A stretch of 64,000 bases of DNA, from IMG/VR virus record IMGVR_UViG_3300021963_000021, positions 186,001-250,000 of that record; one strand, 5' to 3'. This document shows positions 28,527 to 38,419 of the stretch, piece by piece. A model generated the notes under the pieces. That model was not told the DNA's origin, ran no database searches, and was given only the letters and a program-made list of their open reading frames with translations. Positions within the stretch are counted from its first letter, which is position 1; each line of letters starts with the position of its first letter. Made by a program: the position numbers and the translations under genes.

Positions 28527-29089
28527 TAGCCCTCGTAGATTGCCGAATTGGCTCCGTGCTCAAACACTTCGACTGATTTTACACGAACACCTGGATTGAC
28601 AGGATAACGAGATTTGATAAATGAATCATCACTTAATTGAGTTCCGTGTTTCATAGTATCTAACAATTCAGTCATTTTTTCGTAACACATTTTAGCAAAC
28701 ATTTCACAACCAACTCCTGGCACAATGCGCAAATCGCAAATGCCTTGTCGACGATATGGCTCTACCTGTACACGATCTGGCTTACCGTCGTGTTCTGGAT
28801 TTGAGCTCCAACCTGACATTTCTTTGAAACGATCTAGCATTGGATCGTCTTCTGCGATTACCAAAGTATGATCGAACATATGATCTGCCCATTCTTTGAA
28901 CAGTTTAAGACCGCCAAAGTCCATACACCAGTTTTTATCATCTAGTGTTTCGCTTTCAAAGATTAATCTGATACCGATTGAGTATCCGTGTAGTGTTGAA
29001 CAGTGAGAATGAGTCGCTCTCCACTGCCTAAAGCAGCAACTTAAACCCCTATCGTTGCCGTATGTTTTTGTTGAATAGAACTTAGCCAT
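28526..29089 (-). CDS. queD: 6-carboxytetrahydropterin synthase QueD
   Basis: HSHC..LHGY, DFG.LK, FDH, V.VFEH..NSA.Y. Confidence 0.88.
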   Translation of the reverse strand: MAKFYSTKTYGNDRGLSCCFRQWRATHSHCSTLHGYSIGIRLIFESETLDDKNWCMDFGGLKLFKEWADHMFDHTLVIAEDDPMLDRFKEMSGWSSNPEHDGKPDRVQVEPYRRQGICDLRIVPGVGCEMFAKMCYEKMTELLDTMKHGTQLSDDSFIKSRYPVNPGVRVKSVEVFEHGANSAIYEG

Positions 29090-29120
29090 CTCTTGCCTCC
29101 TATGCTTATGAGTAAGTTTG

Positions 29121-29168
29121 ATGACATGCAGAATGTTTATAGAGGGTTGAATGCCATAGAAGTCCTCT
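29121..29168 (-). promoter_or_regulatory. candidate preQ1-I-like pseudoknot in the queD 5' UTR
   Basis: AGAGG/CCTCT stem followed by ATAAA; loop ATGGCAT complementary to downstream ATGTCAT. Confidence 0.4.
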
Positions 29169-29190
29169 TTGTGTCTGTGTATGTTTAATA

Positions 29191-29781
29191 TTATACTTGA
29201 AGATATTTATAAGTCAATAGCTCTACGTTGATTTTTTTCCATTTCTCGGGAATAATCCAATTTTCAGAATTGTATATTTTAAATCTTATGTTTGGAAAAC
29301 ATTCAAATACTTTTTCAGTTTGATGTATCCAGTAAGATGGATCTATGGCATGTGCGTCTGCTTTAACATAATTGCCGGTGCCTTTGTATATATTATTGAC
29401 TTTCTTGTCCGTGTCGTAGAGATCGAACCCTAACAGCCAAACTTCTTCAGAGGCTAGTTGAGCAGCTAACAATACAGCGTATGGTCCACTGCCCCAGTGA
29501 AACGCTTCGTCTGCTCTAAGATCGCCGCTGTATGGTAAATCAGGTACTGCTTTTACTTTTGAATCAGTGAAATGACTTAACCACATAGATCTTGTGTAGA
29601 TATTTTTTATAGGAGTTGGCAGTGCTTCTTTGACCATCCTGCGATCAACACAGACTAAATGATCAACTGTATGATCTCTAGCTATGGCGTTACAGCCCAC
29701 GGACGTGTGATTATCAAGAATGGATTTGAGATCTATAAGGGCTCTGCTTTCCCCGTTACCGATTGCTAATACTGCCGACAC
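29191..29781 (-). CDS. DUF115/sialyltransferase-like protein
   Basis: IGNGES, GCN, GFDL motifs. Confidence 0.45.
   Translation of the reverse strand: MSAVLAIGNGESRALIDLKSILDNHTSVGCNAIARDHTVDHLVCVDRRMVKEALPTPIKNIYTRSMWLSHFTDSKVKAVPDLPYSGDLRADEAFHWGSGPYAVLLAAQLASEEVWLLGFDLYDTDKKVNNIYKGTGNYVKADAHAIDPSYWIHQTEKVFECFPNIRFKIYNSENWIIPEKWKKINVELLTYKYLQV
29204..29211 (-). promoter_or_regulatory. T4 late promoter consensus TATAAATA
   Basis: Exact match upstream of the queD leader. Confidence 0.65.
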
Positions 29782-29782
29782 T

Positions 29783-31219
29783 TTAGCCTATGATGCCAAA
29801 AGGTCTCCAATCACCTGGTGTGCCAGTTCTTGTACATACCCAACCTACTGGTTGACCAGTTTTAGGATCTGTATTCCACATGATGTCACCTTTGTTAAAG
29901 TTACCGTTTTGTGGAGCCTGCTCACCGTAGGTCTGGAGCTGGTTCTTGAATTTGATGGCTCCATTGACATGTAGGTCTACGCTAGGATCCGGAGAGTTTA
30001 CTCCGATAGCTACCTTGCCATGTACTGACACCTGTGTCGGTGATTGTGTTTTATTGCCTAGTGTAATGTTACCGTTGTTGTGTACAGTCACTCTAGCAAC
30101 TTCGTCGGTTTTCAATAGTAGATCGTGATATCCGTGTACACCGACTTCTGCCTGTGACTGCTCGTTGATGTCTAATTTTAACTCAACGCTATTTGCTGAC
30201 AATGAGAAACGACCGGTTGGTGTTAGGTCGCCCATCCATAATCTTTGGGCAGTAGGATCAAAGAACAGGTAATTGTCAAAGTTAACATCACCTAGAACTG
30301 TTAGATTTTTTAATTGGCCTAGTTCTGTTATACGACTTTTACGCACAGTTGGGCCTAGTTCTTGTGCTGTTAGTATATTGATGTTGTCGATCATAAAAGC
30401 ACGATCACGGCCTAGATTGATGCTTTCTGTAGATGTTATTCTATTGCCAGTGTCTAGCACAAATTGTTTTAATGAACCGCTGCCGCTCCAAACCATGCCT
30501 CGACCTTCTAACGGGTTTCCAGCTGATGCTTTAAACTCAATAGGACTGGTTCTTTCTATTCTAATGTCTGCGGAAAGTTCTTGTACTTCTAATTTATTGG
30601 CTTTTAAAAGGCCAGTAACGTTGATATTTTCTGCTGTAAGATCCTTTTCTACAACAGTAGAACCGGAGATATTTTTAACGGAAATAGTGTCTACAAACAC
30701 TGCTTCGTCTTTGATTACCAGTTTATTAGTAGTTGCTTCGTCCTTGATACCAGTGGAAGCAAAGTTCATAATAGACCCGCCCTGGATCAAATTACCACTG
30801 AGCGTTCTTTGGGGAATACGTTTGATTAAATCTGCGTAGTTAATATCAACATTGGCTCTTAGGGTTCCGGATACTGTTAGATCTTGTAAAACAGTCATAG
30901 TGTTTGCTACAACGTTTTCTTCTACAGTAACTGATCCTTTTATGTTGGGAATTCTAGCAGATCGAATGTCTGCGCCTTCGTCGGTTATGCGTATTACCGT
31001 ACCTGTGGCAGAATCTTTTATTCCCGAACTGGCAAAATTCTTAACAGTTCCACCGCTAATTTGGTCGCCAGATATGGCTCCATAGGGTATGGATTTTACT
31101 ATTTCTGAGGTTTTTGAAAGCACAGTTTCTAATGTTACGCTTTCCGAAGATGTTCTTTCTACGGATTTTAGCAGTATTTTTAAACTGTCTAGAGCTTGAT
31201 CGATGTCGGTTTGTTTCAT
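29783..31219 (-). CDS. virion structural/tail-associated protein
   Basis: Duplicated ISG..I.GG...NFAS.GIKD module; C-terminal GD..WN..P..G...GW.C motif. Confidence 0.55.
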   Translation of the reverse strand: MKQTDIDQALDSLKILLKSVERTSSESVTLETVLSKTSEIVKSIPYGAISGDQISGGTVKNFASSGIKDSATGTVIRITDEGADIRSARIPNIKGSVTVEENVVANTMTVLQDLTVSGTLRANVDINYADLIKRIPQRTLSGNLIQGGSIMNFASTGIKDEATTNKLVIKDEAVFVDTISVKNISGSTVVEKDLTAENINVTGLLKANKLEVQELSADIRIERTSPIEFKASAGNPLEGRGMVWSGSGSLKQFVLDTGNRITSTESINLGRDRAFMIDNINILTAQELGPTVRKSRITELGQLKNLTVLGDVNFDNYLFFDPTAQRLWMGDLTPTGRFSLSANSVELKLDINEQSQAEVGVHGYHDLLLKTDEVARVTVHNNGNITLGNKTQSPTQVSVHGKVAIGVNSPDPSVDLHVNGAIKFKNQLQTYGEQAPQNGNFNKGDIMWNTDPKTGQPVGWVCTRTGTPGDWRPFGIIG

Positions 31220-31227
31220 AGTACCAA

Positions 31228-31257
31228 TATTTATCCTTATCCTATATACAATAAATA
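31228..31257. promoter_or_regulatory. divergent TAAATA late promoter motifs
   Basis: Minus 31233-31228 and plus 31252-31257, upstream of the two structural genes. Confidence 0.55.
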
Positions 31258-31276
31258 CTAGGTATGAGGACGAGAG

Positions 31277-34200
31277 ATGCCATTAACTAATATTTTTAAC
31301 CCGTCTACAGCGGTTAACACAGGTACGAACGAAATAACTATTGCCGGACATGGATACCTCCCAAACCAAGGAGTTTTGTATTCTAACGGTGGCGGCTCCA
31401 GCGTGGGCGGGCTAGTTGATGGCTACAAATACTATGTGATTTATATCAACGCCAATACTATACAATTGGCTAATACTGAGGACGAAGCAAGAAACAACAT
31501 AGCTGTCGATCTGCTTTCTACTGGAGCAGGAACGACACATACATTAATTGAAACAAACATATTTCCTAACAGCGCAGCCTATTACGATTTCTATAGAAGA
31601 CTGAGACTGGTGGGAGATGGGTTACCCATAGAAGGTGTAACACTAGAAGCAGACAGTGTTCGAGACAGCCTAACTTTGGTCGCTGGTAATAACATCACAT
31701 TAGAATGCGACACAAATGACATTGCTCTAGATCAATTTACGATCAATGCTCCAAACTATGATTTAAAATTCCTAACAGGAACCAGCGATCTAAGACTTTA
31801 CAATGATGCTGGCCTGGACGAGACTGTGACCTTTAAAGCAGGTACAGGCGTTGCTATCACTCACAACAGTCTAACTGAAATTGAATTTACCAGCTTTGGT
31901 GTTACAGAGTCTGACACACTGGAATCAGTTACTACTCGCGGAAATATCACAAACAACAGACTAGTAATGAATAACATCACAGTAGCTGAGGTTATTTCTA
32001 CTCCGGGCGTCGATGGTGTTAGCGGAATATCGGGATCTAAAATCGGTACTACCAACATCAATACTACAGGTGACGGTACTCTTGATAATGTTCTTCGTTT
32101 TGCTAACACGATAACTTCTAGCAGTGATCCCGCAGAAACTATTACAATAAATTTTACTGTGCCTAACGCAGGTACAATGAGCTATTCGGCGAGCTATATC
32201 GCTGAAAGTGCGATGTTGACTTCTGGCGATGTAACACTACAAAGACAAAATCCTAGTACATTGGTTTGGACTAACTTAGATTCTCAAAGCGGCACATTGG
32301 CCAGAACTGGATATGACGTACAAGGTATCTATGCCGAGCTGAGTTTCACTCCTGTAAATTACAGAATAATTTGGAACTGGACTGGCAATACTTCTTTTGT
32401 TAGATTGGCTTTTAACATCTACTTTGAAGTTGAGCCTGTAGCCGGATATGAATTAATTAAAACAACTACAGAAACAAAACATTTAATTTTGGGAGTCGAT
32501 GACGGCTCGATAACTGTACGCGGCCCTGCGACATTCACAGGATATATCGACACAGAAGGTCTACGCATCTACGAAAACAACATCGTAGGCACAAACTCTA
32601 ATGATGACATAGTCGTTGACCTGAATGGAACAGGTGCTCTAGAACTTAGAGCCACTACATTTAAAACAGATCAAACGACATTTAATTTGATCAACACTGT
32701 GGCAACCACAGTCAATGCTTTTGGTGCTGCTACAACAATCAATGTTGGCGCAAATACAGGTACGTTAACAATTGGAAACCCAACAGTTGTTGGTACACAA
32801 GCAACTCAGAATCTTTACAACACTGTGGCAACTACTGTAAACGCATTTGGTGCTGCGTCTACTATCAATGTTGGCGCAAACTCCGGAACTATCACGATTG
32901 GTAATCCTACACTAGTTGGTACACAGACAACACAGAATGTCTACGACACCGTGGCTACTACTGTAAATGCCTTTGGAGCCGCAACAGCGATAGACATAGG
33001 TGCTAATACAGGCACGATTACGATTAACAATCCTACATTGGTAGGTACACAAACTACTCAAAATGTCTACGACACTGTGGCAACCACAGTTAACGCATTT
33101 GGCGCAGCTACAGCTATAGACCTCGGTGCTACTACTGGTACATTGACTATTAACAATCCCACAGTAGTTGGTACTCAATCTACGCAGAATCTTTACAACA
33201 CAACTGCTACAACACTAAACTTCGCAGGAGCAGCATCAACTATAAACATGGGTGCTAGTGGCGGTGGCGGCACGATGACCATTAGAAACGACAATGTCGT
33301 GATGAATGGAGATCTACAGATTCAAGGTGGTGATATAACCACTAACCAAACATCATTCAATCTACTCGATGGTACAGCAACTACTGTTCAAGCATTTGGT
33401 GCTGCTACAACATTAACTTTTTCGACAGCGGGCGGAACTACAACAGTTAGAGGTAATGTAGTAATCAATCAAGACCTACAGGTCAAAGGTGGTGACATTA
33501 CTACCAATGCTACTACATTTAATTTACTAAACACCGACGCAACGACTATCAACGCTTTCGGTGCTGCGTCTACTATCAACTTAAGAAATCTTGTTATAAC
33601 ATCAAGTAACACGATAGACTCTAGCGACAGTTCTGGAATCACATTTATACCGTTAGTAACATTTAACAGCGACATTGTGGTCGAAAATGATCTAACTGTT
33701 AACAGAGCGATGACAATTGGCACTAACTTGACAGTCACTGGCGACTTGACTGTTAATGGTACAACTGTAACATTAAACACATCGACCTTAGATGTAGAAG
33801 ATCTCAACATAACAGTAGCCAAAGGCGCAGCTACAGCAGCAGCGGCTAACGGCGCAGGATTAACTGTTGACGGGGCATCAGCAACACTAACTTATGCGTC
33901 AGCCGACGATAGTTGGAATTTTAACAAATTATTGAAAGCTACAAGCCTACAAGGCACTCCAGTTGGAACTACCACAAGGGCCGCAGGTAACTTTACTACC
34001 TTAGATGCTAACGGTGATGTAACGTTAGGCGACGCTACTGCTGATACTATCACAGTTAATGGAAAATTTGCTAACGGTACTATACTTCGAGCAGGTACTA
34101 CTGCTACTAACACATTGGCATTAGCTGCCTACGACACTGACACTGGTCCAGCTTGGACTAATTTAATAACATTAACTTCTAGTACAACACCTACACTAAC

Positions 34201-35020
34201 ACTAACATCGACAGGTGTTGGTACTATCAACAACATGAGCATAGGTGCTACTACAGCATCTACAGGTAGATTTACGACATTGAATGTTGTTGATACAACT
34301 ACTACTGCTTATAATTTAAGCCTGGCTTCTACATCATCTACAGCATTAACAGCTGACAGAGCGTTAACGTTTGATGTTGTAAACGCAGCTAGAACAATCA
34401 AGTTAGCAGGCAACGTTGATCTTGCCAATAACTTGACCACTGGTGGTGCTGTTACGTTCTCTGGAGCGTTCTCGTTTACAGGAACGTTATCAAACAATAC
34501 GTCAGTGACATTTCCAACGACAGGAACATTGGCAACCACAGGTAACCTGAGTCAGTTTGCTGCTACGACATCTGCTCAACTGCTCGGTGTTATCAGTGAT
34601 GAAACAGGTAGCGGATCTTTAGTATTTGGCACATCGCCGACTATAGCCACCCCAGACATTACTTTTAAGAATGCCGCTGTTACAGGGGACGCAGACTATG
34701 CGTTCGATGCTTCTGCTACCACTGTGGCATCGTGGATAGCAAACTTTACGACAACACGAACTCTTATCGTTTCAAATCTAACCGCAGGCAGAATGGCAAA
34801 GGTCTATGTAAGAAACACCAACGGTACAGCAAGACTGATCAACGTCACTGCTAGCACAACGGCTGCTGGTCATGTGGCAGTAAACTTAGCTGGAAACTTT
34901 GTAGGTGCCAATGCTGCTGGACAAGTAAGTGCTACTGGAGTAACATTAGTTGCCACCAGCGGTACTGCTGTTATCACAGTGTGGAACGCCGGCGGCAACC
35001 TAGTTGGTATGGTTAATTAA
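31277..35020 (+). CDS. long tail fibre protein (1247 aa)
   Basis: Thr/Gly/Asn-rich with 42-aa repeats; N-terminal module shared with the 2744-aa protein. Confidence 0.7.
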   Translation: MPLTNIFNPSTAVNTGTNEITIAGHGYLPNQGVLYSNGGGSSVGGLVDGYKYYVIYINANTIQLANTEDEARNNIAVDLLSTGAGTTHTLIETNIFPNSAAYYDFYRRLRLVGDGLPIEGVTLEADSVRDSLTLVAGNNITLECDTNDIALDQFTINAPNYDLKFLTGTSDLRLYNDAGLDETVTFKAGTGVAITHNSLTEIEFTSFGVTESDTLESVTTRGNITNNRLVMNNITVAEVISTPGVDGVSGISGSKIGTTNINTTGDGTLDNVLRFANTITSSSDPAETITINFTVPNAGTMSYSASYIAESAMLTSGDVTLQRQNPSTLVWTNLDSQSGTLARTGYDVQGIYAELSFTPVNYRIIWNWTGNTSFVRLAFNIYFEVEPVAGYELIKTTTETKHLILGVDDGSITVRGPATFTGYIDTEGLRIYENNIVGTNSNDDIVVDLNGTGALELRATTFKTDQTTFNLINTVATTVNAFGAATTINVGANTGTLTIGNPTVVGTQATQNLYNTVATTVNAFGAASTINVGANSGTITIGNPTLVGTQTTQNVYDTVATTVNAFGAATAIDIGANTGTITINNPTLVGTQTTQNVYDTVATTVNAFGAATAIDLGATTGTLTINNPTVVGTQSTQNLYNTTATTLNFAGAASTINMGASGGGGTMTIRNDNVVMNGDLQIQGGDITTNQTSFNLLDGTATTVQAFGAATTLTFSTAGGTTTVRGNVVINQDLQVKGGDITTNATTFNLLNTDATTINAFGAASTINLRNLVITSSNTIDSSDSSGITFIPLVTFNSDIVVENDLTVNRAMTIGTNLTVTGDLTVNGTTVTLNTSTLDVEDLNITVAKGAATAAAANGAGLTVDGASATLTYASADDSWNFNKLLKATSLQGTPVGTTTRAAGNFTTLDANGDVTLGDATADTITVNGKFANGTILRAGTTATNTLALAAYDTDTGPAWTNLITLTSSTTPTLTLTSTGVGTINNMSIGATTASTGRFTTLNVVDTTTTAYNLSLASTSSTALTADRALTFDVVNAARTIKLAGNVDLANNLTTGGAVTFSGAFSFTGTLSNNTSVTFPTTGTLATTGNLSQFAATTSAQLLGVISDETGSGSLVFGTSPTIATPDITFKNAAVTGDADYAFDASATTVASWIANFTTTRTLIVSNLTAGRMAKVYVRNTNGTARLINVTASTTAAGHVAVNLAGNFVGANAAGQVSATGVTLVATSGTAVITVWNAGGNLVGMVN
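32693..33196 (+). repeat. 4 x 126-bp coding tandem repeat plus degenerate copies
   Basis: Unit starts at 32693, 32819, 32945, 33071 and (degenerate) 33197. Confidence 0.9.
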
Positions 35021-36228
35021 GCTACTTTAAGTAGGACTGTATCTTCGTTGATACGTCCGTTGAGCTTGATGTCTACGGCTTTGATATCTTCCAAGAATTT
35101 ACGAAGTGCTACCTTGCCAGCTGCTTTGAACTCTTTGATCTGTTCTTCGGGCTTACGTAGAGTTTTCTGTACGCTCTTAACTTCGTCAAACCCAATCAAC
35201 GAAGTACCCTTAACACGCAGTTCACCATAGGCTGCGGCCACATACTTGCCTAACTTACGAGTTTTAGTGTTAAACACCCAAAGCTCTTGACTACCGATGA
35301 TATCCGCAGGGTTAATCGAAACCAGCTTGAGCTGCTCGTCAGTTTTCTTGAACTTCATCTTAGCAACCAACTTGTCCTTAGGCACAGCTTTCTTAGCACG
35401 TGGCTTGCGATTGACTTTGCCTTCCTGCTGAAGCATGTCACAGGCGCTGATGATTTCCTGATAGAAGTCATGTAGTTTCTTGATCTGTTTCTTAGACAAC
35501 CAAGAATAGCCTTCTTTGAGCTGCTCGTCTTTGCCTGCCATAGCTTCAACGACTTCGTCGAAAGGACGCTGATAAAGATCTTTGATTACGCGAGCATGAG
35601 CACCTTTACATTCCTTGCCTTTGAGCAAGTTAACGATCTTGATAGCCTTTGGATCAAACCCTTCAGGATCTTTTAAGAAGTTGTCATGAGCATCTTCGAT
35701 CTCTTCAGTCATCTTGAAAGCAGCTTCACGAAGACGGTCTTGGATACTAGGTTGAGGAACGCTAGAAACTTCTTTCTTTTCTTCCTCGGGCTCTTTGATA
35801 GTCTTGCCACGTTCAATGGCTTCGACGATTCGCTCTTTAAGAAACACAGTCACAGGCTTTAGATCGCCCATAGTACCAGCAAGCTCTGCCCAATAAATTG
35901 CTTCTTTCTCGTTGAAGTCTGGCATACCGGTGCGTAAGCAACGAGCAATTATAGCAGCCTGGGTAAGATTAAAAGCACCAACGGCTTTAACCAAACGAAT
36001 GTCTTCTGCGGAATATTTGTTTTCCTTCATCCACGCATACAGGTCAGGCAGTAGGTCTGCTACTTTATATTCTGCGTAGTAGTAAGCAACAGCATTGCGA
36101 CGGAAGCGATGAAATTCTTCACCAGTCATTTTCTCCCAATCAGCCCACTTTGGATCAGGATTATGTCCACGACGAACACCTGCTGATACAGAAACTTTCT
36201 TGGGGGTGGATTTGGTTACAGCCATCAT
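35017..36228 (-). CDS. hypothetical protein (403 aa, Lys-rich)
   Basis: AGGAG RBS and its own sigma70 promoter. Confidence 0.65.
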   Translation of the reverse strand: MMAVTKSTPKKVSVSAGVRRGHNPDPKWADWEKMTGEEFHRFRRNAVAYYYAEYKVADLLPDLYAWMKENKYSAEDIRLVKAVGAFNLTQAAIIARCLRTGMPDFNEKEAIYWAELAGTMGDLKPVTVFLKERIVEAIERGKTIKEPEEEKKEVSSVPQPSIQDRLREAAFKMTEEIEDAHDNFLKDPEGFDPKAIKIVNLLKGKECKGAHARVIKDLYQRPFDEVVEAMAGKDEQLKEGYSWLSKKQIKKLHDFYQEIISACDMLQQEGKVNRKPRAKKAVPKDKLVAKMKFKKTDEQLKLVSINPADIIGSQELWVFNTKTRKLGKYVAAAYGELRVKGTSLIGFDEVKSVQKTLRKPEEQIKEFKAAGKVALRKFLEDIKAVDIKLNGRINEDTVLLKVA

Positions 36229-36259
36229 ATGCTCCTATGCTTAGTTAAACAATACTTAT

Positions 36260-36288
36260 ATTATATGCTCAAACGAGCAGCTTGTCAA
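36260..36288 (-). promoter_or_regulatory. sigma70 promoter TTGACA-N17-TATAAT
   Basis: Perfect consensus. Confidence 0.8.
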
Positions 36289-36479
36289 CCGGCTTCTAAA
36301 CGGGCAACTTCTTCAATATCGCCATCTTCGGATTCTTTATAGATCACTACAGCCAAAGCGCCTTGGCCTAAAAGACCTTCTGCTATATCACGGGCTTGTT
36401 TTTCGCTAGCTGTAGTTTCGATTAACTCTTGATGCCCAATTTCGTCTTCTTCCCAAACTTCAAATAGAATGTAGCTCAT
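36285..36479 (-). CDS. hypothetical protein
   Basis: 64-aa acidic ORF, coupled. Confidence 0.5.
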   Translation of the reverse strand: MSYILFEVWEEDEIGHQELIETTASEKQARDIAEGLLGQGALAVVIYKESEDGDIEEVARLEAG

Positions 36480-37003
36480 TTGTCGTTATCATCCCACGGG
36501 ACTGGAATCCAGCCCAGTTTATAAAGATCCTCTCTAATTTCTTCAGTCACAACACCTTCTGGCACATAGCCTTTGACACCTTCGGCGTCTCCGTTGCCTA
36601 AGCCATCACCTATGCCACTACAATACCAATCAATGTAGTCGCCTTGCTGTCGCATGTTAGCAACAATGCCGCCTGCTGATCTCCAAGAGCAACTCCAAAG
36701 TTCTTCTTTCAAGATTGGCATGACCTCTAACTTTTGGAACTGCATATTACACATGGCCGCATACAAATTTTGGGCATAGGCATCACTGGCACGTGCCTTT
36801 TCACAGATCCAGTCAGTGCTTCGGAGGCACCATTCCATATCTTCGGGGTGTGATTGTTCTGCCCACTGATCATCTTCGTTGAGTACTTTTTCAAACCAAT
36901 CTAGATAATTTTGATTTGGTTCTTCTCCCTTTTCAGCGCAGCGTTCGACATACCCTTCCTTTTGAAAGGTATGCCGCTGTGGGCTTTTTGAAACTTTAGA
37001 CAT
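36476..37003 (-). CDS. hypothetical protein
   Basis: 175-aa coupled ORF. Confidence 0.6.
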   Translation of the reverse strand: MSKVSKSPQRHTFQKEGYVERCAEKGEEPNQNYLDWFEKVLNEDDQWAEQSHPEDMEWCLRSTDWICEKARASDAYAQNLYAAMCNMQFQKLEVMPILKEELWSCSWRSAGGIVANMRQQGDYIDWYCSGIGDGLGNGDAEGVKGYVPEGVVTEEIREDLYKLGWIPVPWDDNDK

Positions 37004-37227
37004 CAGTGTAGTTCAGGAGGTTGAAAAGTTTTGACCTGATCTCTGCTGTTAGAGATAGCTTCTATGATACGATTGAACTCGTCGTTAGACAAGGCAGTTT
37101 TGTAGATACTGAGAGCCTGGGCCATCATGATACCAGCAATAGCCATAGCATTGTTTTCATTGACTTTTTGGCCGGTAAATTCCATGTAGTCGTTGTACAG
37201 CATCTCTAGTTCTGAATCTTCGATCAT
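37003..37227 (-). CDS. hypothetical protein
   Basis: 74-aa coupled ORF. Confidence 0.55.
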   Translation of the reverse strand: MIEDSELEMLYNDYMEFTGQKVNENNAMAIAGIMMAQALSIYKTALSNDEFNRIIEAISNSRDQVKTFQPPELH

Positions 37228-37430
37228 TTAATTTGTTCTTTCTGTTTATACTGTCTTTTGAGCCACCACTTATAAATGGCCCAATACTCATCTATTTTAT
37301 AAGGTCTCTCACCGTATGTCAAGTGTTCTTCACAATTTTCTATCCAAATATTGTGAACCCATTTTCGGAACGGGCTGACAATCGGAAGGCTTAGGTGGTC
37401 GTCCCCAACAGTATTCACATTCTTCATCAC
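37224..37430 (-). CDS. hypothetical Trp/Tyr-rich protein (start uncertain)
   Basis: 68-aa ORF overlapping the upstream Cys-rich ORF. Confidence 0.45.
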   Translation of the reverse strand: MMKNVNTVGDDHLSLPIVSPFRKWVHNIWIENCEEHLTYGERPYKIDEYWAIYKWWLKRQYKQKEQIK

Positions 37431-37539
37431 CGCATTTCTCCTCTAACCATTTATCACAGGTTGGACAATAGTGAGCATCAGCTGTTTCTTCATAGAGATT
37501 TGGTCCGCCGCAATCGGGACAGGTCTTGTTTAAGTCCAT
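37330..37539 (-). CDS. Cys-rich Zn-ribbon protein
   Basis: CPDC, CPTC, C.DEECEYC. Confidence 0.5.
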   Translation of the reverse strand: MDLNKTCPDCGGPNLYEETADAHYCPTCDKWLEEKCGDEECEYCWGRPPKPSDCQPVPKMGSQYLDRKL

Positions 37540-38363
37540 AGACCGTGACGCACTTTGATTAATCGAATCATCATTTGTTCGTCTTCTTTCTCGTAGTCGG
37601 CTTCAATCTTACGAAGCAACTTGTGAGCTTTGTCGCTCATTTTTTTGAGTTCGGGACTCTTGTCGTTGCTCCAGCTTAGGCGACCACCGTTGGCTGCTCG
37701 ACTTGCTTCACAATAGTCAGACCAACCACTTGCTTCATATGGGTCTGGTCTGTTGCGGTAAGTTTGTGTCCACCAGGTGTACAGATCTAGGATTTCTTGT
37801 GCTTTGATAGCTTGTGGTGTAAGTTGACCTAGATTTTTTGAATCAGGACCGACTTCATCTTCCTTCCAACGTAGGTTGCGTTGCCATTCGAGATTGTCTA
37901 ATCCTGCCTGTGGACAGCGCCATGTGCGTACACGCCACCAACCGACTGCCCACCAAGGCATGTTGTACTTAGGTCTTTCTTCGGGACTCCATGCTAGATG
38001 CCACCATGCTAGTTCGACTTCGACAAAGTCTTGTAGTTCGTTAAACAGGCATGGTAGGAATCTATTTCCCACATCACACCACACACCGGGCTCAATGTCG
38101 CGAGGGTGAGCGGTAAGAGCATTTGTTTTGGTAATGAAACGATTATTGATGTAATATTTTACAGCATAAAGTTTGTCCGGCACAAAGTAGACAACTTTTT
38201 GTAAGATGTCTAATCCTTCTTCTGCTAACCACCAACGAATGGGATATGCGGCTTTGGCTCTGGCTTCCCATTCGTGCCATTCTTCACTGGTGCCACACTT
38301 TAGCTTCGTGGTTCCACGTAGCCAGTCAGCAAATTTTGAACAGGTCCAATAATGGTTGCGCAT
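37530..38363 (-). CDS. hypothetical Trp-rich protein
   Basis: 277-aa ORF with its own promoter. Confidence 0.65.
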   Translation of the reverse strand: MRNHYWTCSKFADWLRGTTKLKCGTSEEWHEWEARAKAAYPIRWWLAEEGLDILQKVVYFVPDKLYAVKYYINNRFITKTNALTAHPRDIEPGVWCDVGNRFLPCLFNELQDFVEVELAWWHLAWSPEERPKYNMPWWAVGWWRVRTWRCPQAGLDNLEWQRNLRWKEDEVGPDSKNLGQLTPQAIKAQEILDLYTWWTQTYRNRPDPYEASGWSDYCEASRAANGGRLSWSNDKSPELKKMSDKAHKLLRKIEADYEKEDEQMMIRLIKVRHGLWT

Positions 38364-38390
38364 GTTATTTCTTTCGAGTGATTAAACTTA

Positions 38391-38419
38391 ATTATATGAT
38401 CTTTGAAAAACTTTGTCAA
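38391..38419 (-). promoter_or_regulatory. sigma70 promoter TTGACA-N17-TATAAT
   Basis: Perfect consensus. Confidence 0.8.

Noticed and set aside
9597-34539. Numerous short opposite-strand ORFs inside structural genes
   Set aside because: Shadow ORFs produced by the codon bias of Thr/Gly/Ala-rich genes.
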